Shown here one piece after another: positions 1 through 13,020 of a stretch of 64,000 nt of DNA. The notes below the pieces were generated by a model. The model had not been told where the DNA came from, made no database searches, and was given only the letters and a program-made list of their open reading frames with translations. The number at the start of each line of letters is the position of its first letter. Position 1 is the first letter of the stretch. Source of the stretch: Negaprion brevirostris (Eukaryota); assembly GCA_030324005.1 (NCBI GenBank), contig JARDVH010000140.1, positions 21,937,561-22,001,560 of the forward strand, written 5' to 3'. Both the position numbers and the translations under genes were made by a program.

Positions 1-420
1 ATTGCATCCACCACCATAACCATTCACTCTCTCCACCAGTGCACAGTAGTAGTAGTAGTACATAGTAGTGTGTACCACGTACAAGATGCACTGCTGCAAC
101 TCATCGAGCCTTCTTCAACAGCATCTTCCAAACCTGTGACTGCTGCTGCTGAGACGTACAAGGTGTATGAGAACACTACCACCTGCAAGTTCCCCTCCAA
201 GCCTCACACCACTGATTTGGAACTATATCATCATTTCTTCACTGTCACTGTGTCAAAACCCAGTACTCCCTTCCTCACAACACTGTGGGTGTTTCTGCAC
301 TGCATGGATTGCAGCAGTTCAAGAAGGTGGTTCACCACCACCTTCTCAAAAGCAATTGAGGATGGGCAACAAATGCTGGTTTTGCCCTGACGCCAACATC
401 CCATGAATGAAAAGAAAAAC
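1..420 (+). mobile_element. 3' end of an abundant CR1-group LINE (called LINE-A here)
   Basis: Same 3' region (..tacaagatgcactgc..caagttcccctccaag..gggcaacaaatgctgg..catcccatgaatgaaaa tail) recurs near 5200, 21500, 30000, 31000, 45600, 53100 and 55000; truncated by window edge. Confidence 0.75.
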
Positions 421-1025
421 GCATACACAAGATCAACTCCATTGCATAACCTAACTAAAATGTCTTAGTTCGTTCCGGTTGCTTCTTAGCATTTCATTAT
501 TAGAGGAACAGTTTGTTTGTGCCAAGTTAAATTGCAACCGTCAACGACCATAGCAACAGCTTCAAGACTTTCAGTCCAACTAAACTTTTTATCTATGGTA
601 CTGTTGTGGAACATTCCTAATTAGCACCAAATTCCACTTGTTGAAGGTGACCAGACTACTAAAGCTCTGAAGATATCACCCTTACTCCAATGCCTCAAAT
701 GCCTTCCTATTTAGTGCTAAATTCACATTAATCTTACCTCTACCCAAACACATTACGTTAGGTTCCCTGCCTTAAATGGAATCTGCAATTTTTTGCCCAT
801 TAAATCAAGCTTGTCAAAGTCTTTGTAAATGAATGCACACTGGCATTTGTCATTAGCTATTGCTCCCAATTTGGTATCATCTGCAAATCTGGACATAATT
901 ATTTTCTTAATTCATGGAAGTTATAAACAGTTAATGCAAACTTGCACATTACCACTGCAGTCTCAAGCAACACACTTGAAGAATTGTGTATGGAATATTT
1001 CAATGGTCACAAACAAACAAATTAC

Positions 1026-1143
1026 TTTTTTCTCTCTTTCTTCTTCTCGCCAAGCATTCCTCCGCTTCAAGAAATAAGGCAGACGAAGGAAATCTGTCAC
1101 TTCACCCTCTCCATTAACAAGAGAACAGAAGGCTGGTGTATCC
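1026..1143 (-). CDS. SUPT6H: SUPT6H coding exon 18 ([39 protein letters not shown]); gene continues beyond window start
   Basis: AG/GT boundaries (ttttgctag / gtaatt), 118 nt, phase 2 to 0; peptide matches vertebrate Spt6. Confidence 0.96.
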
Positions 1144-1776
1144 CTAGCAAAAAAGAAAATTACATAAAACATTAATATTTTTGATGAAGCTACCATAGCT
1201 CCAGTATGTCTGTAATTTACTAAACCGATGGTCCATTGTAATGTCAGGAAACAGGAATTTCAGGTTATAAACAGTTTTAAGTAGGTCCGCACAGAGAAAA
1301 AGCCTATCCCAAATGAAACTTTCTTCCCGTATAGATTAAAACTATTTATATTTAAGTTTGCAAATTAAACTGATTTTGCAGGAGTCTACTGAAAATTAAG
1401 CTATCACTCTGTGTGTGTCAGAATGGAGAACAGGCACAGCAAGGCTGGGCTGATAATACCAGTGAGCAACAGTTTGTATTAAAGAAAGGGAATTCAGGAG
1501 AGATTGAGGCCAAAGAGTGGGACTAGAACACTTCTCTTACAATTTTTACCATGCGGCCTTTACTAGCTGCTTGCACAAGGTAGCTTTGATTAAGATTGGC
1601 TTTACACTCTTCAAATAGACAAACATCTCCAGATTCTAGAATCTGATTTTAAATCACATCATGAATCAGATTACATAGCTGTTATACACTTGACCAGCCA
1701 TTTCTTCATTTGTAAGCTGAAAAGTGGCTTGGAAAACACCAGAAACTTAGTTTAAATTACTGTTAAGGAGCAATAA

Positions 1777-1863
1777 TGCCGGATTGTGGCGTCTAGGGGA
1801 ATTTCACAGTAACTTCATTGCAATGTTAATGTAAGCTTTACCTGTGACTAATAAATTAACTTT
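1777..1863 (+). mobile_element. Isolated 3' tail of V-SINE (tail type B)
   Basis: ttcacagtaacttcattgcaatgttaatgtaag..tgtgactaataaa, same tail as full copies at 37168 and 38614. Confidence 0.75.
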
Positions 1864-2055
1864 AACAATGTTTCAGGCAAATCTACTAATAAATATCACA
1901 GAAAGAAAAAATATGCAAGGTCAAAGTATGTTCTATGACACTCCCCATAGGGGAAAAAACCCAAGCACAAGTTTATTCAATATTATAACAGTTTAACTGA
2001 ATCTTTTAGCAGAACCCATTCCCTCCACTAAATTGTCCAAGGTGAAGAACACAAG

Positions 2056-2577
<522 letters not shown>

Positions 2578-2958
2578 CGAACATAATCGTGGTAAAGTCC
2601 ATTTGAAATTTTGTATTTACTTTGTATACCTATGCTGCATTTGCTTTAGTTTAAGAATAATAGTTCAAACTGAAATATTTAAGGAAATTACTGTAATTTG
2701 CAAAACTTATGTTTCTCAATAAAATGTGAACTGAATATATATAAAATTCTGTTGAATGCATGTCAATATACATCATCCTTCTTCTATGCACTGCATTAAA
2801 AAAATGGGTAATTCCTTAGTTTAGGAGCTAAGGTTTTCTTGTAGTGATTTTGCCACAAGTATTCTTGCATGAAAACACAATTGATATTTTCCATCATTCT
2901 CCCAGCATAGATAATTGCTCACTGGAATCCGAAAATAAATGCTTCGTTGCACACACAC

Positions 2959-3101
2959 CTTTCTCCTGAAAATGCCAAACCTAGCACTCGAACTCCTTTT
3001 CCCTGATTCTCCTCCATGAAGTCATCATCGTCTTCTTCGTTCTGCTGGTCAGGTCGATAAGGTGCAACTTTTAGCCAGTTGTAAAGCTTGCGGCTGCAAC
3101 A
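2959..3101 (-). CDS. SUPT6H: SUPT6H coding exon 17 ([47 protein letters not shown])
   Basis: AG/GT boundaries, 143 nt, phase 0 to 2; Spt6 peptide. Confidence 0.96.
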
Positions 3102-3689
3102 CTAGCAAAATAATAAGAGTATAAAATTGGCATTTTTAAGCAGAGGTTAACAAGACACAGAACTCAGGTATTAACATGACCATCAGTCAGTCAACTAGTA
3201 AATCCAGTTATCATTCAAACATTTGGATTCAATCACCAAATTTATTTTTCTACTCGGAAAATCTATTTGTGCAACTTAAAAAGAGCATCTGGTAAAGTAT
3301 CTGCACCAACCTTTTCAGTTTCAGCTTCACTTTTTTTTTTAAGCTTCTCGTGAGACTGAAAATTAATTGACAGCCTACCCTGAAGGGTGGTAGCTTTGAG
3401 TCGTGGGTGCAGATCCTTTTAGATGCAGGGTCACTGACTTCTTCATCCTGGTCGCACAGTGAAGCGTGTGAATTTTTATCATTCAAGTACCCTACCCTAA
3501 ACTATACATTTTTAAAACCTTACTTTTCTTTGACGCATTCTGATGTTCCTTCTATTTACCATCAGATGTACGTACATTTCCAACATCACAGTATAGTATG
3601 GGAACAGGCGTTTTGGGATGGCACTTGAGTAATTGGTGTCCAAATGAATCACAAAATTAGTGAAAAGTCACCATTTGGCCTGAGCTTGC

Positions 3690-4408
3690 AAAACCCTACC
3701 AACTGTCCTGGTTTGAGACAATTCACACCTCTCTAACCTGTGATTATCTCTCTCTCCACGCACATTGACTGCACCTGTAAAGACATGCATTCCAACCATT
3801 AGTAGCAATTGTGACTCTGTCAATGTGCTTGTGAATCCACTTCTCCACTCACTTGACGAAGGAACAGTGCTCCGAAAGCTTGTAATTCCAAATAAACCTA
3901 CACTTCAGCGGTCACAGGCATTTGGCCTCTGATCTTTGGGTAAGCATTCTCCAAGGTGGCCTTCACGATACACGACAGCGCAGAATCGCTGTGTAGAGAC
4001 TGATAGCCAAGTTCCGCACGCATGAGGGCGGCCTCANNNNNNNNNNNNNNNNNNNNNNNNNNNNNNNNNNNNNNNNNNNNNNNNNNNNNNNNNNNNNNNN
4101 NNNNNNNNNNNNNNNNNNNNNNNNNNNNNNNNNNNNNNNNNNNNNNNNGCTTAATGCTATCTCCACTCACACTGTCTGCACCTTTAAGACTTGAATAGCA
4201 GATTAGCTGTAAAGACTCGCATTCTAATCAGTATTCTGTAAACTGTGCGTGCCTTTATATGCCCTGATCAGAACTTTCCACTCACCTGATGAAGGAACAT
4301 TGTTCTGAAAGCTTGTGGGTTTACTATCAATTAAACGTGTAGGACTTTAACCTGGTGTTGTGAGACTTCTTACTGTGTTTGCCCCAGTCCAATGCCGACG
4401 TCTCCACA
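3690..4408 (+). mobile_element. Penelope-like element relic: pLTR (about 3690-3898), GIY-YIG endonuclease C-terminus (3901-4036), N-gap, second pLTR (4149-4408)
   Basis: 3901-4036 translates HFSGHRHLASDLWVSILQGGLHDTRQRRIAV*RLIAKFRTHEGGL(N), the HF..H..D..V.IL / I.KF.T...GLN end of PLE GIY-YIG domains; flanked by two related repeats each ending in a hammerhead-like motif. Confidence 0.85.
4280..4320 (+). ncRNA. Minimal type I hammerhead ribozyme motif in Penelope pLTR
   Basis: ACUCAC (stem I) CUGAUGA A GGAAC-AUU-GUUCU (stem II) GAAA GCU U GUGGGU (stem I'); palindromic AAGCUU replaces stem III. Confidence 0.75.
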
Positions 4409-4746
4409 ATGTCAAAGAATGCCAAGTACGATTTAAAGTAAGGTATTTAATTTTTTTTAAACTGAGTGTGTATATAGATGCTGCTTTTCTGGATTTTACC
4501 ACTCATGTCCCTTCCGGTGAATAGACTAAAATAAATAAAATATTTAACGGGATAAAGGTGGTGTACCTGAAGATTTAGAATGGATCAATATTTTCATGAT
4601 GCAAAAATACAATGTGTGGGAGAAAACATTGAAATGTTGTATTGCTATAGGGGAGGTGGAAGCCACAATGAATCCTAAATATAGCCCACGTTCCTGTCCT
4701 AAAAGGCTTACATCCAGAGCAAAAATTATAACTTTTCATTAAATAC

Positions 4747-4942
4747 CTTGCAAAGATAGTCCCTTGTCTCAATTAGTAATTTGTTTTTCAGCTCCTTGCC
4801 CATCTGTGGGTAAAGGAACTGGTTCAGCGATCGTTCAATTGCCATGCTGCGCTGTCTGTTCCACTCTTGTACTTGATGGCTGAATTCATCACGGTAATAA
4901 AACTGCTTGATTTCATCAAAATAAGTCTGGTCATTCCCGTAA
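4747..4942 (-). CDS. SUPT6H: SUPT6H coding exon 16 ([65 protein letters not shown])
   Basis: AG/GT boundaries, 196 nt, phase 2 to 0; Spt6 peptide. Confidence 0.97.
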
Positions 4943-5184
4943 CTAAAAGATGGGAGATAAAAAATAAACTCATTATCTAATAAGATATCACACTGCACGC
5001 CATGAATACCAAGGAAAGTTTCTCCATTTAAACGTTCACAGGTAGGNNNNNNNNNNCAATCTGAAGCATATTAAATCATCATCTGGCTTCCCAGAAGAAA
5101 GAATACAGGCAGTCACAAAGTATTTCCGGAATCAGTTTAACAAAACTCTCATAACTAGATTAAAATCTCCAGGAAGCACCTAAC

Positions 5185-5470
5185 ATGTATTTGTTCATGA
5201 GATGTGAGTACACTAAAAAGACCTACACCTGTTGCCCATCTCTAATTGCTCGAGGAGCTGGTGATAAGTTGCGTTCTTGAACTGCAGCAATCGGGATGCT
5301 GTGTGGTTTGGAGGGGAAGTTGTTGGTGGTGGTGTTCCCATGCCATTTGCCCTTCTCTTTCTAGGTAGTAAACAGCATGGATTTGGAAAATGAAGGAAGC
5401 TTGGTGAGTTGCTGCAGTGCATCTTGGAGATGGTACACACTGTTTGCCAATGTGTACTTGTTGTGGTGGA
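5185..5470 (-). mobile_element. LINE-A 3' fragment
   Basis: Reverse complement of the 1-420 type sequence; VCTISKMHCSNSP peptide relic. Confidence 0.7.
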
Positions 5471-7142
5471 AGCAGGTGTTTTAGACACTCAAGAGTCCTC
5501 AGGTACCTTGCCAAAGTTAGCTTTGGACACAAAGGATAGGAAATTTCCTAAGCAAGCAGAGGTGGATTTGAGTGCATACAGGAAATTAAATTCCCTGAAA
5601 GTGATGTCAGGTCTGATCGCGACATCATTCCGTCCCTGACAGGTTTCACTAATACGATGCGAACATGGGAAATAGGTGTGGCAGCTCATTTGGAACCTCA
5701 AGTCCACTCTGCTATTCAATCAACCATGGTTGATCTGTTGTGGCCTCAACCTCACTTTCCTTCACTTGGGGAGTGCACAGTGGGGAGATTTTCTTCAGTG
5801 AAGCCGACAGACTGGGAAGACTTTAATCAGTAAAACTGATGAACTCCAGCCGCAGCTGGGCAAGGTGTACTTCTTCCTGGAGAGGGTGCTCTCACTGCTC
5901 GACAGACGATTACCAACTCCTTGGAGGGCATTTAAACTGCCTACTACTTAACTTCAGCTGCTCTTCACTGGCAGCCTCCACCATGATAGGAGTGGTGCTT
6001 ACGGAGCTCCACATTGAACATCTGCTAAGGGATAAAAGGGAAAGCAACACCACCACCAACAGCATCAGATGCCCTTCCACAGGGCACAGGGAATGAATAC
6101 AGGGATCCAGCCCAAGTCAAGACTCTGCCTCTCCCCTAACCCTTGACATAGTGCCTACGGGCATAGAATCAGCTTTCTTCATGTCAGAGCACGTATGAAT
6201 CAGGAAGCCCAGGTTGCCATGATAGGCTGTCACTGAGAGCTATGCTCTTCTGAATAACACTTCCTTTTCACTGGCCTCTTGCCAAAGTTCCATGTTGTCT
6301 TCTCTTGCAAGGATAGAAAGGAGTGGTATGAGCTCACCATGCTGCAGCCCCTCAAATCCTGTTCCAAGTACGAGTGAAACTCCTGGGGTTGGGAGGGGGG
6401 CAATACCAGGTCTCCTCTCCATTTCTGTGGTAGCTGCAGCCTCAAAAATTCAATCACTGGTAAGCCATTGTAACCAATGCCATGGTCCCTTTAATTGGGA
6501 AACCTTCCTTTGGCTGATTCAGTGCACGGTTGTCTGGGAACCAGGAGGTGGGATGCTCATGCCTCGGCTTAGTTAAAGTGCCTTTGCAAAGTCCAATTTA
6601 ACTGTAATCTGGTTTCTGACCCATAAACGGCCCTGCCATTTGTCCAGTGACAAAGTTGGGTAAATTTCATACTAAGTGTCAGTTGCCCTGACAGTACTCA
6701 ATCAGTTATCACACACCAGAGATTGAACTTGTGTTGTCCTGCTCAATTGTTGCCATCGGGAAACCCATATCTCATAGCATTAATGAAGTCACTTCGCAAT
6801 TTCATTACTTTGCGAACACTAAAGAGCTTTGGTAACCAGTTGGATAGAAAAAGTAGGAAAATTGAGCTGTATGAGATAAAGTTACAGGACTCCCCTCCTT
6901 TCTACACAGGGTTAAGTTGTCCCATTTTGTTGGCTTATACTTACTGCTTGGCATCTTGCTCTCCACCAAACCTTGTGGTGTTGTTGTATATAAACTTAAA
7001 TACGATAATGAAAAATTAAGAAACTTTGTCTTTGTTAAACACCAATTCTTAACTGAAAGCGTGCAACTTCAATTTTTATTACATCATATTGAAACATTGA
7101 TCAAATTAAACTGTATTCCGTCTTCCTGCTTATGCTATTTTC

Positions 7143-7331
7143 GATGATGTGGAGATGCCAGCGTTGGACTGGGATAAGCATAGTAAGAAGTCGCACAACA
7201 CCAGGTTAAAGTCCAATAGGTTTATTTGGCAGTCCTGATCAGGTGAGTCACCTGATGAAGGAGCCTGAGACTCTGAAAGCTATTCCTGCCAAATAAACCT
7301 GTTGGACTTTAACCTGGTGTTGTGAGACTTA
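7143..7331. mobile_element. Fold-back Penelope-derived mini-element with 13-bp TSD and degenerate hammerhead core (7252-7278)
   Basis: TSD TTATGCTATTTTC at 7130-7142 and 7332-7344; inverted arms cacaacaccaggttaaagtccaataggtttatttggcag / ctgccaaataaacctgttggactttaacctggtgttgtg; CTGATGA-AGGAG..CTCT-GAAAGCTA. Confidence 0.85.
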
Positions 7332-7788
7332 TTATGCTATTTTCATCAACTTACGGACCAGGTTGGTTAATTGAAGTTTGATCCTCTGAGCTTCTCGGCG
7401 ACAGGTTGAAGAGAAATACTGTTCTGTCGTAAAGAACTAAGTTTGCGTCCTAAAGAATACTTCGATCACCATTTCCACTCTCCTGTTCATTATTTCAGAG
7501 GCCTTTAAATTTTTTGGAAGGGGCGAAGGAAGAGGAGATCCAATCATCTATGAAAATATTCGCCAAGGAATGACATCCAAGATCAGATCAGCCAAAACTT
7601 TAAATTTGTTATCCCAACCTGGACAAACATTAAGCGCCCCCAGTGCATTCATTAGCAGCAAAAGCTTTATGTAATAAATGCCAAATTCTATTTGCAAACA
7701 TCAGTCGCACTGCTCCACTAGATAGAGGGAGTCAATAATATTTGCAACACCTGCCATGAGAATTTAATGTGCTGTTGTAATAACTCAC

Positions 7789-7943
7789 CCCTCAAGTCCT
7801 TTCATATCGATAGAGATGTCAATTGTTAATAAGCCATCGTCTTCGGCAAGGCACATTTTCAGGAACTGATCATCCCTTAATTCTTTGACTGGCTTGTTCT
7901 TTACATATTTGAATGAATAAGCAAAATGTGCTTCATCAATATC
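7789..7943 (-). CDS. SUPT6H: SUPT6H coding exon 15 ([51 protein letters not shown])
   Basis: AG/GT boundaries (gttgcag / gtgagt), 155 nt, phase 0 to 2. Confidence 0.97.
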
Positions 7944-8334
7944 CTGCAACCACAAAAATGGGCCCAGCATTAGAATCTCACAGGGCTCTAAGGTCTCTTT
8001 GAGAAAATTTGTGCTGTATGGTAGATACATTTATTAGGAATATAAAAGATTGCTGAAAACTGTTTGACATAATCATCCTATTTTGCCCAATTTATTTTAA
8101 ACACCAATCTCTACTGCACAGAATTCTGACATATGGCACATCTGAATCTCCACAGGATATTTAGAATTGCCATCTTTCAGGTTGTGTGTAAAATTAGAGA
8201 ATAGTTGCAGCACAGGAATGGACCAAATGGCCCTCTGGGTACCAGCCAGCTCTCTGTAAAAATGACTCGGCTAGTTCCATGATGGCTGTGGCTTTAAATA
8301 TTTATTGTATGAGGTACATTACATCTATCGTAAC

Positions 8335-8490
8335 ATGTCTGCGTGGGTTTCCTCCCACAATCTGAAAGACATGCTGATTAGGTGCACTGGCCCAAACAGG
8401 CGCCGGAATGTGACAACTAGGGGAATTTCGCAGTAACTTCATTGCAGTGTTAATGTAAGCCTTATTTGTGACTAATAAATAAACTTTAAA
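8335..8490 (+). mobile_element. 5'-truncated V-SINE, tail type B
   Basis: tctgcgtgggtttcctcccaca..aaagacatgctgattaggtg V-domain followed by type B tail. Confidence 0.8.
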
Positions 8491-8544
8491 GTTAAAGTTT
8501 AACTTTTAACACCATTAATTTCAGTGTTTGCTCATTAACAGTAT

Positions 8545-8719
8545 GAAGTGGAGATGTCGGTGTTGGACCGGGATAAACACAGTAAGGAGTCTTACAACAT
8601 CAGGTTAAAGTCCAACAAGTCCATTTGAGGAAGGAGCAGCAAGCGCTCCGAAAGCTAGTGGCGTTTGCTACCAAATAGACCTGTTGGACTTTAACCTGAT
8701 GTTGTAAGACATCTTACTG
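8545..8719. mobile_element. Fold-back Penelope-derived mini-element with 12-bp TSD
   Basis: TSD CATTAA(C/T)AGTAT at 8533-8544 and 8720-8731; inverted arms tcttacaacatcaggttaaagtccaaca / tgttggactttaacctgatgttgtaaga. Confidence 0.85.
8621..8661 (+). ncRNA. Minimal type I hammerhead ribozyme motif (C3U variant)
   Basis: CCAU UUGAGGA A GGAGC-AGCAAGC-GCUCC GAAA GCU A GUGG; stems I and II intact, palindromic AGCU in place of stem III. Confidence 0.7.
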
Positions 8720-8779
8720 CATTAATAGTATCTCAGAGGAGCAGATAGTCATTTAAGTCTCAGAACGTGGGAGGAGAGT

Positions 8780-9585
8780 GTGACGTACAAACGTGAACTT
8801 GGGAATTTGAGTGCAGGTTGGAATCTCTGGTAATTTTTTTCTCAAGATGCAATTTAGATTAACACCCAGGCTGACTTCAAACGCTAAGCTAATTAAGGAT
8901 CCAGAGGTAACAGAGTCTGCCTGAAAGCGGCACTTTTCTGTCAACTGAAAACGAATAGGTGTTAATCACTGTAGTAGGAAGCTGATTTAGCAGTTATGAC
9001 TTGGGTATGTCATCAACTGTCTATTAGATTGTGCTATCATACAGAGTTTGACTAGGCCTGAGTGCAATGAGGTACACAGTGCAAACTTGGGAATTCGGTG
9101 CAGAAGAGGGAGGAGGGATATATGTGCATTAGAAGCAGTGCACAGAAGGTTCACTCAGCTGATTCCTAAGATGAAGGGGCTTTCTTATGAGGAAAAGTTG
9201 TGCCTATGTTCATTAAAGTTCAAATGAATAAGAAATGATCTTTTGAAATATACAAGATTCTGAGGGGCCTTGACATGATGGATGAAAGATGTTGCTGCTT
9301 CTTGTGGTAGTATCTATAATTGGGGGCAACGGTTAAAAATAAGGGTCACCCATTTAAGAAGGGGATCAGGAAGAATTTCCTGATTGATAGTCTTTGGAAT
9401 TCTCTTTCGTAGAGCAATGGAGTCTGGATCACTGAATACATTAAAAGTAGAGTTAGATTTTTGATCAACAGGAATTAAAAGATTATAGAGGGCAGGCAAA
9501 CAAATAGAGTCAAGGCCTCAATCAAGTCAACCATGATGTTGTTGAATGATGGAGAAGGCTTAACGTCCTACTTCTGTTTATGAAT
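8780..9585 (+). mobile_element. Degenerate CR1 LINE pieces (5' UTR-like part and 3' end)
   Basis: gtgcacagaaggttcactc..ttatgagga..tgatcttttgaaatatacaagattctgaggggccttgac, typical CR1 ORF2 C-terminus and 3' UTR. Confidence 0.6.
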
Positions 9586-9866
9586 CAACTACATGAGGAA
9601 AAATTAATTTATTTTGTACTTAGCTAAATACGGAACAAGACTACATGCATAATTTAACTGTAGAAATCAATTCTCCACTAGTTATTGCTCCATTTTTATT
9701 TTAATTCATGAGGAGCTAACTGGGTGCCACACAGTCTTAGATGTGGGAAGCCATGTGCGCAGCCAAGTGTTATATCCAAAGGCGCCCCCCCCCCGCCTTT
9801 TTTTTTTACTGGTTTTGTCTTTCTTGACTTGTAAAAGTATATCTATTCTCAGGTTCTGCACATTAC

Positions 9867-10017
9867 CTTTTTGCCTTTCTTTGTGGGAGTAATATTAACC
9901 TTGGCTCTCTCTTGGAAGGTCTGTCTTACAACTTGCTTGACCAATGGTTCTCGGGCAATCTGCATGGCCACCATATATCGAGAACCTTCCAGAACAGCCT
10001 CAGGTGTTGGAAATTGA
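9867..10017 (-). CDS. SUPT6H: SUPT6H coding exon 14 ([50 protein letters not shown])
   Basis: AG/GT boundaries, 151 nt, phase 2 to 0. Confidence 0.97.
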
Positions 10018-10200
10018 CTGAAATAGGCATACAATTATTATCAGACTGATGCAGGTAGCTAACTTCATATTTGCAAAAGTTGCATTCAAAGTTCACAGTA
10101 TTAATTTAGTGAAAATATTCATTCTTAATGCAAGTTTTGAAATAGTATTCTAAACTTCAAAAGGTGGCTGACATAGCGTTAAATATTATGACATACGTCA

Positions 10201-10467
<267 letters not shown>

Positions 10468-10669
10468 TTATGATTCAATTTAGAATAAATGATCTCATGG
10501 TGTTTCAAACAAGGAGTTACGATCAATTGCAGTCTTTGGCTAATATAGAAATAGAAGCCAGAAACAACTGGACTAAGACTTTCAGATGTAACTCATTCTC
10601 CACAATGTGAAACCATTTTTCAATGATTTCCATGATAAATTACTACATCCGCACTGATCAGAAAAATTG

Positions 10670-11830
10670 TTTATGGGGTGCCTTTAATGTAATAAAAATG
10701 CTTCACAAAAGTATCATAAAGCAAATCTTGATACCAAGCCAGATTAAGGAGATATTAGATGATCAAGAGTTTGGCCAATGAGGTAGGTTTTGAACATCTC
10801 AAAGGCAGAAAATTAAGAGGCAGAGGGGCTTAGGAATGGAATTTGAGAAGTTCTCATCATGACAGCTGATAAAACAGCTGCCAACTGTGGGGCAATTAAA
10901 ATTGCAGTTGTAGTAGGCACCAGAATTGGAGGAAGGCAGATATCGAAGAGGGACAAAGGGCAGGTTATAGAAATAGGGAATGGAAAAGCCATGAAAGGAT
11001 TTCAAAACAAGGAAGGGAACTTTCAAATCGAGGCATTGCTTAACTGGAAGCAGATGTAGGTCAATGAGCAATTGGATTTGGTACAAGTTGAGATATGGGG
11101 AGTAGAGTATTGGATGATGTCAAGTTTATGGAGGGGGGAAGATGCTAGGCTGGCCAGGAGCGTTTCGGAATAGTCAAATTCAGAAATAACAAAGGCCTGG
11201 ATGAGGCAATCAGCAGTCAATAAGCTGAAGCAGGGTGCGGGTATGACAACACTATGGAAGGAATAATAGGCAGTCTTCGCACAGATACATAGTCATTAAT
11301 TCATTTTGAGATCAAATATGACAGTCGGGTTGCCAAATGTCTAGTTTAACCTCAGATAATTGACAAGAAAAGGATTGGAATGTGCGGCAGGGGGTGAAAA
11401 CAATTGCTTTGGATTTTTCTAATATTTATTTGGAGGAAATTTCTGCTTACCCAGTACTGGATGTTGGATAAGCAATCAAACAATTCAGACACCATAGAGG
11501 TCAAGTGAGGTGAAGTTGAGCGTTGTCAGCATACATATGGAAACTGACTATTCTACTGGAAGATTTAACTGAACGGCCTCATTTATTTGAGAAATACCAT
11601 GCACAGACCTTTGGGGGACAACATATGGACCTGTGCTGGAGCAAGAAGAAAAGCTGTTGCAAATGATTCCGGCTATGACTGGATGGATTAAAAAACCCAG
11701 GAAGTGCAGCCACATTCAGCTGGACAATGGTGGAGAGGCATAGGAGGAAAATGGTGTGCTTGCAACTGTGTCGAAGGCTGCAGATTGGTCAAAAAGGACC
11801 AGGAGGGATAGTTTACTACTGTCAATCACA
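10670..11830 (-). mobile_element. L2-clade LINE fragment (RT to 3' end)
   Basis: Minus-strand SAAFDTV (about 11765-11785) and HMYADN (YADD-like, about 11523-11540) motifs plus FVISEFDYSETLLASL relic typical of L2 ORF2. Confidence 0.75.
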
Positions 11831-12918
11831 CAGGAGATTGCCACTGCAAGTGTTTCATGTTGTAACTATAGCCTGCTCACAAAAGAAGTTGCAATATCAC
11901 CACTGACAAGGTTATTTTTACAGCATTGGCAAACTTAAACTGACAGCTTCTTTTACAACCGCAGACATAGGAATTTAGAGTGGAGAATGTGTGTGCAGAA
12001 ACAAAATTTTTAATACATCAATTAGTCAGATTTATGATTACTAAAGCAACTGTAACAGTCAAACACTGGAATTTAGATTCTATCCCATTCACTTGAGTGT
12101 GCTCAGTAATTGTCAAAAGGGCCAGAGTTTAATTATAGCTCGCGTTTACTTTAAATGTCTGAGTATTCAACTTTCCTATGTTTTCACTCATGTCAGCAAT
12201 CATACCAGCTACCTGCTGTTTTCCCAATGTACATCTTCATTGATCTATAGTGTAACTATCTATACACTGAATCCATCCATGAGATGGCAAAAAGAAAGAT
12301 TATTGGCATTGGTATTATGGGGATATGGCAAATTCAGAGACCAGCATAAATCTCTGTACACTGTAGCTAGCTTAACTTCCAGTAGATTATTGCTTGACAG
12401 ATATTTGAAACCTAATTCGTAATAAAGTTTAGTCTACTTTTCTGAATAATGCTTAAAATTTAAATGATACATGATTGATTTTTGTCCCAATCCAGAATTA
12501 TGATCATGGATCATATATATTTTACTCATAAGGAATGACTAAAGCCACAATGATGCTGACATTGCTAAAACTGGACCAGCCATAGCATAGCTATATTAAG
12601 AGGTCAATTTTATTTTTACTTCACAGCCAGTCCCTCTCATTACCGCAAAACCGTCCCCAGATGTCTGATAATTTGAAGTCACTTATGGATTTCGTTACAA
12701 CCAGGTTAACCATGTTGGAAGTTTGAGACAATGTGCACAGTAAGACTGCACCTATCAAGCAGAAAATTTTTCTTTTGCAAGCAAATGTTGCTTGCCCTTT
12801 AATACTGGTTAGTCTAAAAAGAAAAACTAATTTGGTTTGCTATTAAAAACAATCTCAAGGCAAAAAAAAGTCAAGGTAACGGTTATCGAGCTGAGACACA
12901 CGAGCTCTTACTCTTTAC

Positions 12919-13020
12919 CTAGACCCGCAGTCTGGCAGATAGTATACATGTCTCTGCGAGAAGCCTGCTTCAGTTCAGGCCCATGATGTTCATCATCTTC
13001 AACCTCTTCATCTCGCTCTC
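12919..13020 (-). CDS. SUPT6H: SUPT6H coding exon 12 ([33 protein letters not shown])
   Basis: cag acceptor abuts an N-gap; gtaaag donor; 102 nt, phase 1 to 1. Confidence 0.95.
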
